The translations under genes were made by a program, and so were the position numbers. The notes beneath the pieces were generated by a model that searched no databases, was not told the origin of the DNA, and worked only from the letters and a program-made list of their open reading frames with translations. Of a stretch of 64,000 nt of DNA, positions 44,199 to 53,683 are shown one piece after another (the stretch's first letter is position 1; every line of letters starts with the position of its first letter). This DNA comes from a bacterium. GTDB lineage: Bacteria > UBA8248. The DNA lies in the NCBI GenBank assembly GCA_965207065.1, contig OZ242260.1, positions 1,216,001 to 1,280,000 of the forward strand. Direction: 5' to 3'.

Positions 44199-44957
44199 GT
44201 GCATGAGCGATCCTCCATCAAAGACCACGTCGCCATCGTCACCGGCGCGACGGACGGCATCGGCCTGGCGACGGCGATACGCTTCGCGGACGAGGGCGCG
44301 AAGGTGGCCATCCTGGGGAGAGACCCCGAGCGGGGATCGGCGGCTCTGGCCCGGGTGAGTTCGCACGGCGAGGCTATTTACGTTCAGGGCGACGCCGCGC
44401 GGAAAGAGGACATCGACCTTCTTTTCGCTCGCGTGCTCGGCACCTGGGACCGCCTGGACATTCTGGTGAACTGCGCGGGCGGCTTCGTGGAAGTGTCCGA
44501 CATCGAGGACCTCGACGAGGCGGAGTGGGAGAAGATCGTGGACTGGAACCTCACGAGCTGCTACCTCGCCACACGGGCGGCGGCGGTCCCCATGAAGGAG
44601 CGCGGCTACGGCCGCATCGTGAACATATCCTCCATCTCCGCGCGCGACGCCCTGGCGAACGTATCGCTGGTGTACAGCGCCGCGAAATCCGCCATGCAGG
44701 GCTTCACGCGGCGGCTCGCGGTGGAGCTCGCCCCTCACGGCATCGCCGTGAACGCCGTGGCCCCCGGCGTAACGCTCACCAAACGCTTTCGCCTCATCCA
44801 CCAGGAACGCGTGCCGCAGATAGTGGCGAACCTGCCCGTGGGCTTCGGCGGGGAGCCGGAGGACATCGCCGACGCGATATGGTATTTCTCCACTCCCGGT
44901 TCAGGCTACGTCACGGGTGCGACCATTGACGTCAACGGCGGCCAATATGTGAACTGA
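44199..44957 (+). CDS. SDR family oxidoreductase (tandem paralog)
   Basis: VTGATDGIG, DILVNCAG, YSAAK, VNAVAPG, DVNGG. Confidence 0.92.
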   Translation: MHERSSIKDHVAIVTGATDGIGLATAIRFADEGAKVAILGRDPERGSAALARVSSHGEAIYVQGDAARKEDIDLLFARVLGTWDRLDILVNCAGGFVEVSDIEDLDEAEWEKIVDWNLTSCYLATRAAAVPMKERGYGRIVNISSISARDALANVSLVYSAAKSAMQGFTRRLAVELAPHGIAVNAVAPGVTLTKRFRLIHQERVPQIVANLPVGFGGEPEDIADAIWYFSTPGSGYVTGATIDVNGGQYVN

Positions 44958-45069
44958 CGGGCGCCTTCAATCATTTCGGTTCTGAACACCTGAAATTCCG
45001 ATATTTCGCGGATTCGTGGTATCATCTGAGGTCACGAGAGTTCCAAGCCGTCTAAACACCTGAGGAGCC

Positions 45070-45474
45070 ATGCAAATGCGATATCCCCTGCTTATGTTTG
45101 GTTTGGCCTTGCTCGCCGCCGTCCTGGTTTTGCCGCAGGCCGCGACCGCCCTGGAAGGGTGGAAGCCCTATGACGCCAAGGCGTTCGCCCAGGCCCAAAA
45201 GGATGGAAAGACGATTTTCGTAGCCGTCCACACCGACTGGTGAGGGACGTGCAGGCAGCAGGTGCCGCTGCTTCAGTCACTGGTTAAAGAGAAGGAATTC
45301 GCAACCGCCGCCGCGTTCGAGTTGGACTACGACGCCCAGCGCGATTTTGCGAAGGCGCTCGGCGTTCGCTGGCAATCGACGATCATCGTCTTCAAGGGCG
45401 CGCAGGAAAAAGGCCGCTCGACGGGCGACGTGGATATTGCGAGCATCCGGAGCCTCATGGAACGCGCGCTATAG
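45070..45474 (+). CDS. Exported thioredoxin-family protein with in-frame TGA (probable selenocysteine, WUGTC)
   Basis: GAGGAG RBS, ATG at 45070/45076. Reads MQMRYPLLMFGLALLAAVLVLPQAATALEGWKPYDAKAFAQAQKDGKTIFVAVHTDW-[TGA 45241-45243]-GTCRQQVPLLQSL...LGVRWQSTIIVFKGAQEKGR...ERAL*. Confidence 0.82.
45244..45280 (+). promoter_or_regulatory. Putative bacterial SECIS hairpin
   Basis: Stem AGGCAGC/GCTGCTT, loop AGGTGCC starting 17 nt after TGA with G at position 2; bulged lower stem GAC..TG/CA GTC. Confidence 0.65.
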
Positions 45475-45523
45475 AACGGGCGTTCCGGCGCATCAAGGGC
45501 CCGCTTCGGCGGGCCTTTGCGTC

Positions 45524-46579
45524 TTACCCGAGCGGCGAGACGGAGACCTCCCCGTCCCTGACGGCAATTTCCGTCCCGTAAGGGGCAGAGAATCTCTGCA
45601 TCATCTCCACGATCACGCGGCCCTCTCCTCGCTTCGGCGAAAGAAGCCTAGGCGCGCCGCCCACGCCGCAGTAGCAGGGAATGAGGTGGAGGTCGCTCAA
45701 CCCGTCTTTATCCATCCGCCCGCCCAGCAGAAAAGTCTGAAGCGTCGCATCCGTGAAGAAAGGTTCGACCTCGTCAAAAATCAGATTCCCGCTGCAGTGA
45801 ACAATGGGCCGGCCATCGTAGAACTCGATCGCCGAGAGAACGTGCTGGTGCCCGCCGAAGACGGCGCACGCGCCCGCGTCGATTGCCGCTTGCCCGATCT
45901 CCCTTTGATGCTCATGCACCTCGTGACGCATGCTCGCCCCCCAGTGCTGGTAGACGAAAACCAGGTCGACCTGTTCCTTGAGCCGCACAATGTCTTCTTT
46001 CATCCGCGCGAGGTCCTCCGCTACCGCCCAGGAGTGGATGACGGGTTCAGAAGCCGGGTATTCGTCCAGGTTTCTGAGCGGCGTGTAGGACGTTCTGACG
46101 CGCAGCGGGTTCACGCCGGGTTCGTCCGGCCCGGCCGCGTGGCCCTGCGGCAGTACGGACGAGTAGGCGAGAAGGGCCACCCTCAACCCCCCGCGCTCCA
46201 GGACAACGGGGGCTCTCGCTTCTTCTGATTCCATTCCCGCGCCCGTAAACGGGATGGCGGCGCGTCGCAGGGTCAACATCGTTTCCTCGAGCGAGAGCAC
46301 TCCGTAGTCGAGCAGGTGGTTGTTCGCGATTCCCACTGTATCGAAGCCGGCATCCACGAGTCCCGCCACCAGCGAGGGGTGCCCCCGGTGCTTGGTCGCC
46401 TTTCCCTTCATGAGTTCGCCGCGCGTCGATAGCGCGTTCTCGAGGTTCGCGAAAGAAAAATCTGCGTCACGGAGCAGTTTTCCCAGTTGGCCGAACATTC
46501 CCTTGGCCGAAGCCCTGTCGGGCGCAATGTCGCCTCCCGTGAGAAATGAGGCGGTGTTTTGCGTATTCTTTTTATTCAT
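45524..46579 (-). CDS. CapA family (poly-gamma-glutamate synthesis-like) metallophosphatase
   Basis: GGDI, ANLE, IANNHLLDYG, HWG, GGHQHVL, SGNLIF. Confidence 0.88.
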   Translation of the reverse strand: MNKKNTQNTASFLTGGDIAPDRASAKGMFGQLGKLLRDADFSFANLENALSTRGELMKGKATKHRGHPSLVAGLVDAGFDTVGIANNHLLDYGVLSLEETMLTLRRAAIPFTGAGMESEEARAPVVLERGGLRVALLAYSSVLPQGHAAGPDEPGVNPLRVRTSYTPLRNLDEYPASEPVIHSWAVAEDLARMKEDIVRLKEQVDLVFVYQHWGASMRHEVHEHQREIGQAAIDAGACAVFGGHQHVLSAIEFYDGRPIVHCSGNLIFDEVEPFFTDATLQTFLLGGRMDKDGLSDLHLIPCYCGVGGAPRLLSPKRGEGRVIVEMMQRFSAPYGTEIAVRDGEVSVSPLG

Positions 46580-47630
46580 GGCTGGGTCCTCTGTGAAAAC
46601 AGGCAGAAAATGATGCGACGTGCTCCCCGGGGTCAAGGCTTCTTAGTCTATCGGCGGCGCACTCTGGAGCCACTTCGTTGATGTGCGCGCCAAGGCCCGT
46701 CTCCAGACCCGCCAGGGGCGTGAGGCGCGGGAAAAGCTCGATGTGCCAGCGATGCGCCTTAAGGTTTTCTTCGGAGCCATTCGCTGCGAGCAGAAACGAG
46801 AGGTTAACGGGCGGGTCGTGGAGAAGCTTCTTATAGCGCCTTAAGGTCCGCGCCAGCGCGGCTCCGACGGTGGCGAGCGTCTCGGGCGCGCTCTCGGTGA
46901 ATAAAGTTTCCGTCGGCCAGGGGGTAATGCAGGTGAGATAGGGAAAGCGCGAGCCCCAGGGGCAGAACACGGCGGCACCTTCTTCCCCCATCTCCACCAT
47001 CCTCTCTTCTTGCGCACGCTCCTCCTCTATCATGCGGCCCAAAAGCGTGCTCTTTCGTTCCTCGTAAAAGACCGCCTCTCGTTCGAGTTTCTTCTCGACA
47101 CCGCCCGTCCCGACCGGGAGGCCGAGTATCTGAAAATGGGAGTGGAGGATGGACGCGCCCGCCTTTGCGCCGTGATTCTTGAAGGCATAGACGCAGCGAA
47201 TGCCGGGGGCCCCGGCGAGCGCCCGCGCCCTCTCCTGCAGCAGGCCGATGACAACACCCGCGTGCGCTTCTCCCAAATCAGCGAGGCTCTTCGTGTGATG
47301 GGGCGAATCGATGAGAACCTCGTGGCGTCCACCGCCGCGCAGGGACGTAAAAAAACCCTCTCCTTCGCGTTCAATCTCCCCGCTTCCCGCGGCGGGAAAT
47401 TTGTTCGCCACGCAGCGCGCGCGCCAGCCGGGCGCGTTCTCCACGCTCTCGTCCCTGATGGCTGCGACCTCGGGCGGTGTTTCGCTCTCGTTGCCCGGGC
47501 AGAAAGGGCAGGCCGGGTCTTCTTCTTTGGGCGTAGCGTTCGCGAAATGCGCCGGATGGGGCCGCGCGCGCCTGCCCGGCGCGATGAGCGTCCATTCCCC
47601 GCGATGCGGATCGTATCTCGACTCGGGCAT
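46572..47630 (-). CDS. galT: Galactose-1-phosphate uridylyltransferase family protein
   Basis: CPFCPGNE, NKFPA, GRHEV, FKNHG..AGAS.LHSHFQ (HxHxQ), HWH-like RWHIE. Confidence 0.85.
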   Translation of the reverse strand: MPESRYDPHRGEWTLIAPGRRARPHPAHFANATPKEEDPACPFCPGNESETPPEVAAIRDESVENAPGWRARCVANKFPAAGSGEIEREGEGFFTSLRGGGRHEVLIDSPHHTKSLADLGEAHAGVVIGLLQERARALAGAPGIRCVYAFKNHGAKAGASILHSHFQILGLPVGTGGVEKKLEREAVFYEERKSTLLGRMIEEERAQEERMVEMGEEGAAVFCPWGSRFPYLTCITPWPTETLFTESAPETLATVGAALARTLRRYKKLLHDPPVNLSFLLAANGSEENLKAHRWHIELFPRLTPLAGLETGLGAHINEVAPECAADRLRSLDPGEHVASFSACFHRGPSHE

Positions 47631-48010
47631 GAGCGCCTCGTTTTTTATGGATATAAATACATAAACAATGTAGCATGATTGATGATTATTGAAAGAAAAA
47701 ACAGTTGGCAGCGCAATAAAGACGAAAGCCTGTTCGTCAGGTTGCTGTTTTTAGTCCTGTGCGGTTTTCTCTTTGGTGTGCGATGGTTTCACGCATGTCC
47801 CGGACGTATGCCGGTTTGCGTTTTACCGTTGATTCGCACTAGAATTTTATGCGGCACAAAAATCAGACACGGCGGCTTGAGAGTCGCCACACGTTCAGTC
47901 TGCAGCGAACTCGCAGGGGCCTTGGGAGAGGGGTTGGACTTTCTCTTGCGCGAAGGCTCCATTTTTTCTTCGAATCGACCGGCTTACACAACGAGAACAG
48001 GGGGCCAACC

Positions 48011-49048
48011 ATGAAATCCAGAGTATTGCTTATCTTCGTTTTGACTCTCGCTATCGGGGCGTCAGCGCTCGTATCCCTCCCCAGCAAGGCCGATGCCGCC
48101 TGCAGTGTCCGCATCGGCGACCTGAACTGGGACAGCGCCAACTTTCACGATCAGGTGACCGCGTTCATCCTGAAGCACGGCTACGGCTGCCGGGTGCGGC
48201 TCATCTACGGCGGCACGCTGCCGATCATGACGGCCCACTACGAGGGCAAGAACGACATTGTCATGGAGCTTTGGTACGACAACGTGAAGGCGCAGTATGA
48301 CCCCGCCATGAAGAGCGGCAAGGTCAAACAAGTGGGGGTCAACACGCCCGACAGCATACAGGGCTGGTTCATCCCGCGCTTCGTCCAGAAGGCGAATCCG
48401 GGTCTCAAGTCGGTCTTCGACCTGCCCAAATACAAGTACCTCTTCAAGGACCCCGAAGAACCCTCCAAAGGCCGGTTCGTGAACTGCATCCCCGGCTGGT
48501 CCTGCGAGGTCATCAACACGGTGAAGCTGCGCGCCTACGGGCTGGAAAAACACTTCACCAATTTCCGGCCCGGCTCGGGCGGCGCGCTCGCGGCGGCCAT
48601 CAAGGGCGCGTATCTCAAGAAAAAACCCGTACTCGCCTATTACTGGGCGCCGACGCCGCTCCTGGGACAACTCGATCTCGTCCAGCTCGAAGAGCCTGCA
48701 TGGAACGAGGCCGACTGGAACGTTGTAGTGAAACACATGGACGCGCTCAAGAAGGGCGGAATGGAGGCTTTGGGGAACCCGAAGAAAGCGACAGCCTACC
48801 GGACGGCGGAACTGCCGAAATCGGTCACGACAAAGTTCGCGGCCAAGCATCCCGAGATCGTCGCCTTCATCGAGAAATACACGCTCCCGTCGAAAGAGGT
48901 CTCAAAGATGCTGGCCTATCTCGAGACCAAAGCCGGCGGCGACGCCAAAACCACCGCCATCCATTTCCTGAAGACCAACAAGGTCTGGAAGAAGTGGGTT
49001 CCGGCCGACGTCGCGAAAAAGATCGAGGAGGCGCTCAAATCTGCGTAA
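48011..49048 (+). CDS. proX: Glycine betaine/proline ABC transporter substrate-binding protein
   Basis: Signal peptide; LNWDSA, ELW, FKDPEEPSKGRFVNCIPGWSC, YYWAP. Confidence 0.85.
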   Translation: MKSRVLLIFVLTLAIGASALVSLPSKADAACSVRIGDLNWDSANFHDQVTAFILKHGYGCRVRLIYGGTLPIMTAHYEGKNDIVMELWYDNVKAQYDPAMKSGKVKQVGVNTPDSIQGWFIPRFVQKANPGLKSVFDLPKYKYLFKDPEEPSKGRFVNCIPGWSCEVINTVKLRAYGLEKHFTNFRPGSGGALAAAIKGAYLKKKPVLAYYWAPTPLLGQLDLVQLEEPAWNEADWNVVVKHMDALKKGGMEALGNPKKATAYRTAELPKSVTTKFAAKHPEIVAFIEKYTLPSKEVSKMLAYLETKAGGDAKTTAIHFLKTNKVWKKWVPADVAKKIEEALKSA

Positions 49049-49109
49049 GCCGCGCCCGCGCGATGCTTTTCACTCGTGAAGCAGCGTTAAATCCCGGGGA
49101 GGTCCGCCC

Positions 49110-50018
49110 ATGATGAACTTTATCCGCGGACTGTTCCCGGAGTGGGCGGTCGAGTGGCCAAAGAATCTCAACCTGCCGCTCAACAAGTGGACCAACGATT
49201 TCGTGGAGTGGCTGGTCACCGAGTACGGGGTCATCTTCGAGACCGCCTCGGACGCCATACTCGTGGTGCTGGTGGGCCTGGAGCGCTTCCTGCGCGACCT
49301 CCCGTGGGTTGTCGTGTTCCTCGGCGTGGGCGCGCTCACCTTCTTCTCCAGCGGGCGCAAATGGGGCCTGACCGCGCTCGTGGCCGCCTGCATGTTCTTC
49401 ATCGGCCTCACCGATCCCAGGCTTTGGGATTTGTCGATGATGACCCTTTCGGTGATGCTTGTCTCCACCCTCATCTGCATCGGAGTTGGCGTTCCGGTCG
49501 GCATCGCGATATCGAGAAACGACCGGATGCGCGACATGGTGCTGCCCGCACTCGACCTGATGCAGACCATGCCGAGCTTCGTCTATCTCATTCCGGCGAT
49601 CATGCTATTCGGCCTGGGCGCGGTGCCCGCCGTCTTCGCCACGGTGATCTACGCCATCCCGCCGGTGATACGCCTGACCGACCTGGGCATCCGCCTGGTG
49701 GATGAGGACATCGTCGAAGCTTCCGACGCCATGGGCGCGAGCAAGAGGCAGAAGCTCCTTCGCGTGCAGATACCGATGGCGCTGCCCAACATCATGCAGG
49801 GGGTCAACCAGACGACGATGATGGCGCTCGCGATGGTGGTGATCGCCTCGATGATCGGAACGCGGGGGCTTGGCACCGAGGTGCTCATCGGCCTCCAGCA
49901 GCTCAACGTCGGCCGCGCGCTCGAGGCCGGCGTGGCCATCGTGCTGCTCGCCATCGTCATGGACCGCGTCACACAGGCCTACGGCGGGCGTTTCATCCGC
50001 ATGGACGGGAGGGGCTGA
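49110..50018 (+). CDS. proW: Glycine betaine/proline ABC transporter permease
   Basis: LDLMQTMPSFVYLIP, GVNQTTMMALAMVVIASMIG.RGLG. Confidence 0.92.
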   Translation: MMNFIRGLFPEWAVEWPKNLNLPLNKWTNDFVEWLVTEYGVIFETASDAILVVLVGLERFLRDLPWVVVFLGVGALTFFSSGRKWGLTALVAACMFFIGLTDPRLWDLSMMTLSVMLVSTLICIGVGVPVGIAISRNDRMRDMVLPALDLMQTMPSFVYLIPAIMLFGLGAVPAVFATVIYAIPPVIRLTDLGIRLVDEDIVEASDAMGASKRQKLLRVQIPMALPNIMQGVNQTTMMALAMVVIASMIGTRGLGTEVLIGLQQLNVGRALEAGVAIVLLAIVMDRVTQAYGGRFIRMDGRG

Positions 50019-50022
50019 GCCG

Positions 50023-51051
50023 ATGGCGTTGATCGAGGTGCGAAACGTCTACAAGATATTCGGAACGGGACGCGCGCTGGACACGGCGCTCGACATGGCC
50101 CAAACGGGAGCCGAGAAGAACGACGTGCTGGTCGAGACCGGCTGCACCCTGGGCTTAAAGGACGTGAGCCTCTCCGTCGAGCGAGGTGAGATATTCGTGG
50201 TCATGGGCCTTTCGGGTTCGGGAAAATCGACCCTGATCCGCCACATCAACCGGCTGATCGACCCGACGACGGGCCAGATACTCGTCGACGGGCGGGACGT
50301 TCTCGAATTCTCGACCGAGGAGTTGCTCGCCTTCCGGCGGGGCGCCGTGAGCATGGTCTTTCAGCGTTTCGCGCTCTTTCCGCACTTGACGGTCATAGAG
50401 AACGTGGGCTACGGCCTGGAAGTCCAGGGGGTGGAACCTGCCGAGCGGCGCCGGCGCGCGATGCGGTGGATAGAGGACGTGGGCCTCATCGGCTATGAAA
50501 ACGCCTACCCGGCCCAGCTGTCGGGCGGCATGCAGCAGCGCGTGGGTCTGTCGCGCGCGCTGTGCACGGACCCCGAGATTCTCCTCATGGACGAGCCATT
50601 CAGCGCCCTGGATCCGCTGATCCGCAAGCAGATGCAGGAACACCTCATCGCGCTCCAGCGCGACCTCAAGAAGACCATCGTCTTCATCACTCATGATCTG
50701 GACGAAGCGCTCAAGCTGGGCGATGACGTCGCCATTCTGAAGGACGGCGTGATCGACCAGATAGGCGGGCCGGAGGAGATTCTGCTCAACCCGGCCACCG
50801 AATACGTGCGCGAGTTCGTGCGCGACGTGAAGCGGGGCCGCGTGGTGACGGCGGCCTCCATCATGACGCCGCCGAAAGGCGACGCGAACGGGCCAACCGT
50901 TTCGTACGACACCGTGCTTCAGGACATGCTGCCCAAGTGTATCGATAGCGATGCGCCGCTGCGGGTGGTGGACGAGGCAGGAGCCGTCGTCGGCGCTGTT
51001 TCACGCAGAACCCTCCTTCGCGGACTGGCGGACCATGGCGTGAAAAAGTAG
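50023..51051 (+). CDS. proV: Glycine betaine/proline ABC transporter ATP-binding protein
   Basis: GEIFVVMGLSGSGKST, LSGGMQQRVGL, LMDEPFSALDPLIR; C-terminal CBS-like part. Confidence 0.93.
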   Translation: MALIEVRNVYKIFGTGRALDTALDMAQTGAEKNDVLVETGCTLGLKDVSLSVERGEIFVVMGLSGSGKSTLIRHINRLIDPTTGQILVDGRDVLEFSTEELLAFRRGAVSMVFQRFALFPHLTVIENVGYGLEVQGVEPAERRRRAMRWIEDVGLIGYENAYPAQLSGGMQQRVGLSRALCTDPEILLMDEPFSALDPLIRKQMQEHLIALQRDLKKTIVFITHDLDEALKLGDDVAILKDGVIDQIGGPEEILLNPATEYVREFVRDVKRGRVVTAASIMTPPKGDANGPTVSYDTVLQDMLPKCIDSDAPLRVVDEAGAVVGAVSRRTLLRGLADHGVKK

Positions 51052-51094
51052 GGGCGGGTTCCAGCGTCCGAGATGACGGTGTTCCAAAAAGGTT

Positions 51095-51124
51095 TGTAGG
51101 GACAGGTCGCGACCTGTCCCTACA
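51095..51124. repeat. GTAG-type REP-like perfect 30-bp palindrome
   Basis: TGTAGGGACAGGTCGCGACCTGTCCCTACA; related copies at 55679, 60269 and 62911. Confidence 0.8.
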
Positions 51125-51165
51125 TATTCCAGACAGGCAGACCGGATTATGCCCCACCTTTGCGC

Positions 51166-51189
51166 GGGCCGTTCGCGAACGGCCCCTAC
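51166..51189 (-). repeat. GTAG-type REP-like palindrome (second family)
   Basis: Minus strand GTAG-GGGCCGTTCGCGAACGGCCC. Confidence 0.65.
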
Positions 51190-51361
51190 GGCCTCTCCCT
51201 GATTGCCGGAATCGACCCCACGGGCCGCATGCCTGCGGCCCTCCCCCCATACGCCTACGCCCGCGCGGCCTTGCAATAAAGCCGCAAATCCGCTTCATTA
51301 CGGACGAATGCGGCCCATGAGGGCCAGCGTGCACCCTCAAGCGATGGAGACAGTAAGGCGG

Positions 51362-52786
51362 ATGAGCGATTTCAAGAGAGAGACCATCGTCGCGCTCTCG
51401 ACGGCTCCCGGGCGCGGGGCCATCGCTGTCGTCCGCCTGAGCGGGGCCAAGTCGCTCTCCATTCTCACGGGTATTTTTCATCCCAACAAGGAAAGAAGCG
51501 CCTTTCCCAAAGGCCGGCCCGTGCTGGGGCGCTTTGTGGATGGGGCCCAGGCGTTCGATGAGGGCCTCGCGCTCTATCATCAGGCGCCTGATTCGGTCAC
51601 CGGCGAGGACGTGGCAGAGATGCACTGCCACGGCGGACCGGCCATTGTGGGGGCGATTCTGCGCCTCGCCCGAGAGATGGGCGCCAGGCCGGCCGCAGAG
51701 GGCGAGTTCACCCGCCGCGCCTTCCTGGAGGGCAAGATAGACCTGGTGCAGGCCGAAGCGGTGGCGGACCTTGTGACCGCACAGACCGAAAAGGCGGCGA
51801 AGGCCGCGCTTCATCACCTGGAAGGACGCCTCTCGAAGGCGCTGGAAGGCGTGTGGGAAAAAATCGTGGAGGCGGGGGCGCACATCGAGGCGGCCATTGA
51901 TTTTCCCGATGAGTTCGAGCCGGGTGCAGGCCCCTCGGTTTCGGGCGCGCCGATGGGAAGCGCAGAGCTGGCCGCGCTTTTCGCGGAGATTGAAGAAGCG
52001 CTCGGGAGGCTCATCGAGAGCTACCGCTACGGCAGAATCCTGAGAGAAGGCGCGCGCGTGGCCATACTCGGCAGGCCCAACGCGGGGAAATCCACGCTTT
52101 TGAACGCGCTTCTGGGGGCGGACCGCGCCATCACGAGCGAGATTCCGGGCACAACGCGGGACACGGTGGAGGAAGTCTGCGACTTCGGCGGCGCGCCGGT
52201 GCGCCTCATCGACACGGCGGGCCTGCGCGACACGGGCGACCCGGTGGAACTCGAAGGCACCGAGCGCGCCCGGAAGGCGGCGGAAGAAGCGGACTTGAGC
52301 CTGATGGTCCTGGACGTCACGGCGGGCGATTCGGAAGTGGCGTGGGCGACCAGGGAGGCGGGCGGGCTGAATAGCGATAACCTTTATATATTCAATAAGA
52401 TGGATAAATCCTCCCTCGAGGTGAAAGAGCGAGCCTGCGCGTTTCTCAGCGAGCTTGCGCCGGATGCCTGTGAGCCGCTCTTCATCTCGGCGCTCACGGG
52501 CGAGGGGCTGCCAAAGTTGCGCGAAGAGGTGGCGCGTGTTCTGATGGATGAGGACAGGCTCTCGGGCGCGGTGTCGGTGCTCACACGGGAGCGGCACCAC
52601 GGCCAGATAGCGAAGTGCCTGGAAGCCGTGAGAAGCGCCAGGGCGGGGGCGGAAGGAGATCTTTCCCCCGAACTGGTGGCGGTTCACCTGAACGAGGCGC
52701 AAACCGCGCTATCGGAACTCCTGGGCCGGGACTACGGGCAAGCGCTTCTGGACAGGATTTTTTCCACGTTCTGCATCGGAAAATGA
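51362..52786 (+). CDS. mnmE: tRNA modification GTPase MnmE/TrmE
   Basis: ETIVALST, TGEDVAE..CHGG, GEFTRRAF, GRPNAGKS, GTTRD, DTAG, C-terminal FCIGK. Confidence 0.97.
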   Translation: MSDFKRETIVALSTAPGRGAIAVVRLSGAKSLSILTGIFHPNKERSAFPKGRPVLGRFVDGAQAFDEGLALYHQAPDSVTGEDVAEMHCHGGPAIVGAILRLAREMGARPAAEGEFTRRAFLEGKIDLVQAEAVADLVTAQTEKAAKAALHHLEGRLSKALEGVWEKIVEAGAHIEAAIDFPDEFEPGAGPSVSGAPMGSAELAALFAEIEEALGRLIESYRYGRILREGARVAILGRPNAGKSTLLNALLGADRAITSEIPGTTRDTVEEVCDFGGAPVRLIDTAGLRDTGDPVELEGTERARKAAEEADLSLMVLDVTAGDSEVAWATREAGGLNSDNLYIFNKMDKSSLEVKERACAFLSELAPDACEPLFISALTGEGLPKLREEVARVLMDEDRLSGAVSVLTRERHHGQIAKCLEAVRSARAGAEGDLSPELVAVHLNEAQTALSELLGRDYGQALLDRIFSTFCIGK

Positions 52787-52859
52787 AAATAATATAATTT
52801 ATGGCGTTTCTTGCGACACTTACTCATTGTTAGATGAGGACAACCACGAGGAGAAGGAC

Positions 52860-53525
52860 ATGAAGAACCTGCGCACGATAATGCTGACTCTTCTTGTCAG
52901 TGGGTTGTTTTTTGGATTCGTAACGTCAACATGGGCCGAGGAGACGGCGGCCCGGAGTTTTCACAAGCTCGCATGCGCGGATTATCCGCCGAGCAAGTCC
53001 CCATGGCGCGTCAAAAACATCTACGATTGCAAGACACGCGAATTGTTCGTGCCGTATCAGCTCTGGACCGGCGCAAAGTGGAATGGCCGAAAAGACGGGC
53101 CATGTATGCACAAAGCCGATACCACCTTCACGGTCAACAACAGGAGCGAGACGAGAATATGGGGCCCAAAGAAATGGATGAATCCCAAAACGGACAAGGA
53201 AGAAATGGTTTGGGTCCGGGAAAAGGTTCAAGGGTGGAAGGAGCAGTACTTCACCTGCCACGAAAAGGGGATCGGCAGGCTGTATGACAGCCGGAAGCCA
53301 CGATATTACCGGGTTGGGCGTTGCAAGTTCCCGGCCGGTCATGGCTGGAAAATTGGCGTTAAGACAGACTGCGTCAAGACTTCGTTGAAAATCACCCACG
53401 TCGGTCTGGATGATAAAGGCCACTTGAGTGAGATAAAGTTCGAGTATTGGTCCAGGAGGGAGAGGCTGGATCATATTTATCGCTACGTCCCCAACCAGGG
53501 CATGACGAACGCTTGGAAACAGTGA
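52860..53525 (+). CDS. Hypothetical exported Cys/Trp/Lys-rich protein
   Basis: AAGGA RBS, signal peptide (…STWA), visibly lower GC than its neighbours. Confidence 0.7.
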   Translation: MKNLRTIMLTLLVSGLFFGFVTSTWAEETAARSFHKLACADYPPSKSPWRVKNIYDCKTRELFVPYQLWTGAKWNGRKDGPCMHKADTTFTVNNRSETRIWGPKKWMNPKTDKEEMVWVREKVQGWKEQYFTCHEKGIGRLYDSRKPRYYRVGRCKFPAGHGWKIGVKTDCVKTSLKITHVGLDDKGHLSEIKFEYWSRRERLDHIYRYVPNQGMTNAWKQ

Positions 53526-53683
53526 AGGCGACGTGAATCATAAATGAGCGGCGATAGTTCCAGGGGTTGTATATTTTTCGTTATTCAGGCAAGAGAGCGG
53601 TATCACTTTGGATGGGGCATGCATAAATATAGACAATCCTGTGCTACATTAAAAACAATTTGTGATTTTCTGGAGGTTTTGGG

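Noticed and set aside
45262-45474. 70-aa ORF as a stand-alone gene
   Set aside because: It is the C-terminal half of the TGA-containing thioredoxin that starts at 45070
50861-52702. 613-aa minus-strand ORF
   Set aside because: Antisense shadow of mnmE; no recognisable motifs; such ORFs are expected in high-GC DNA
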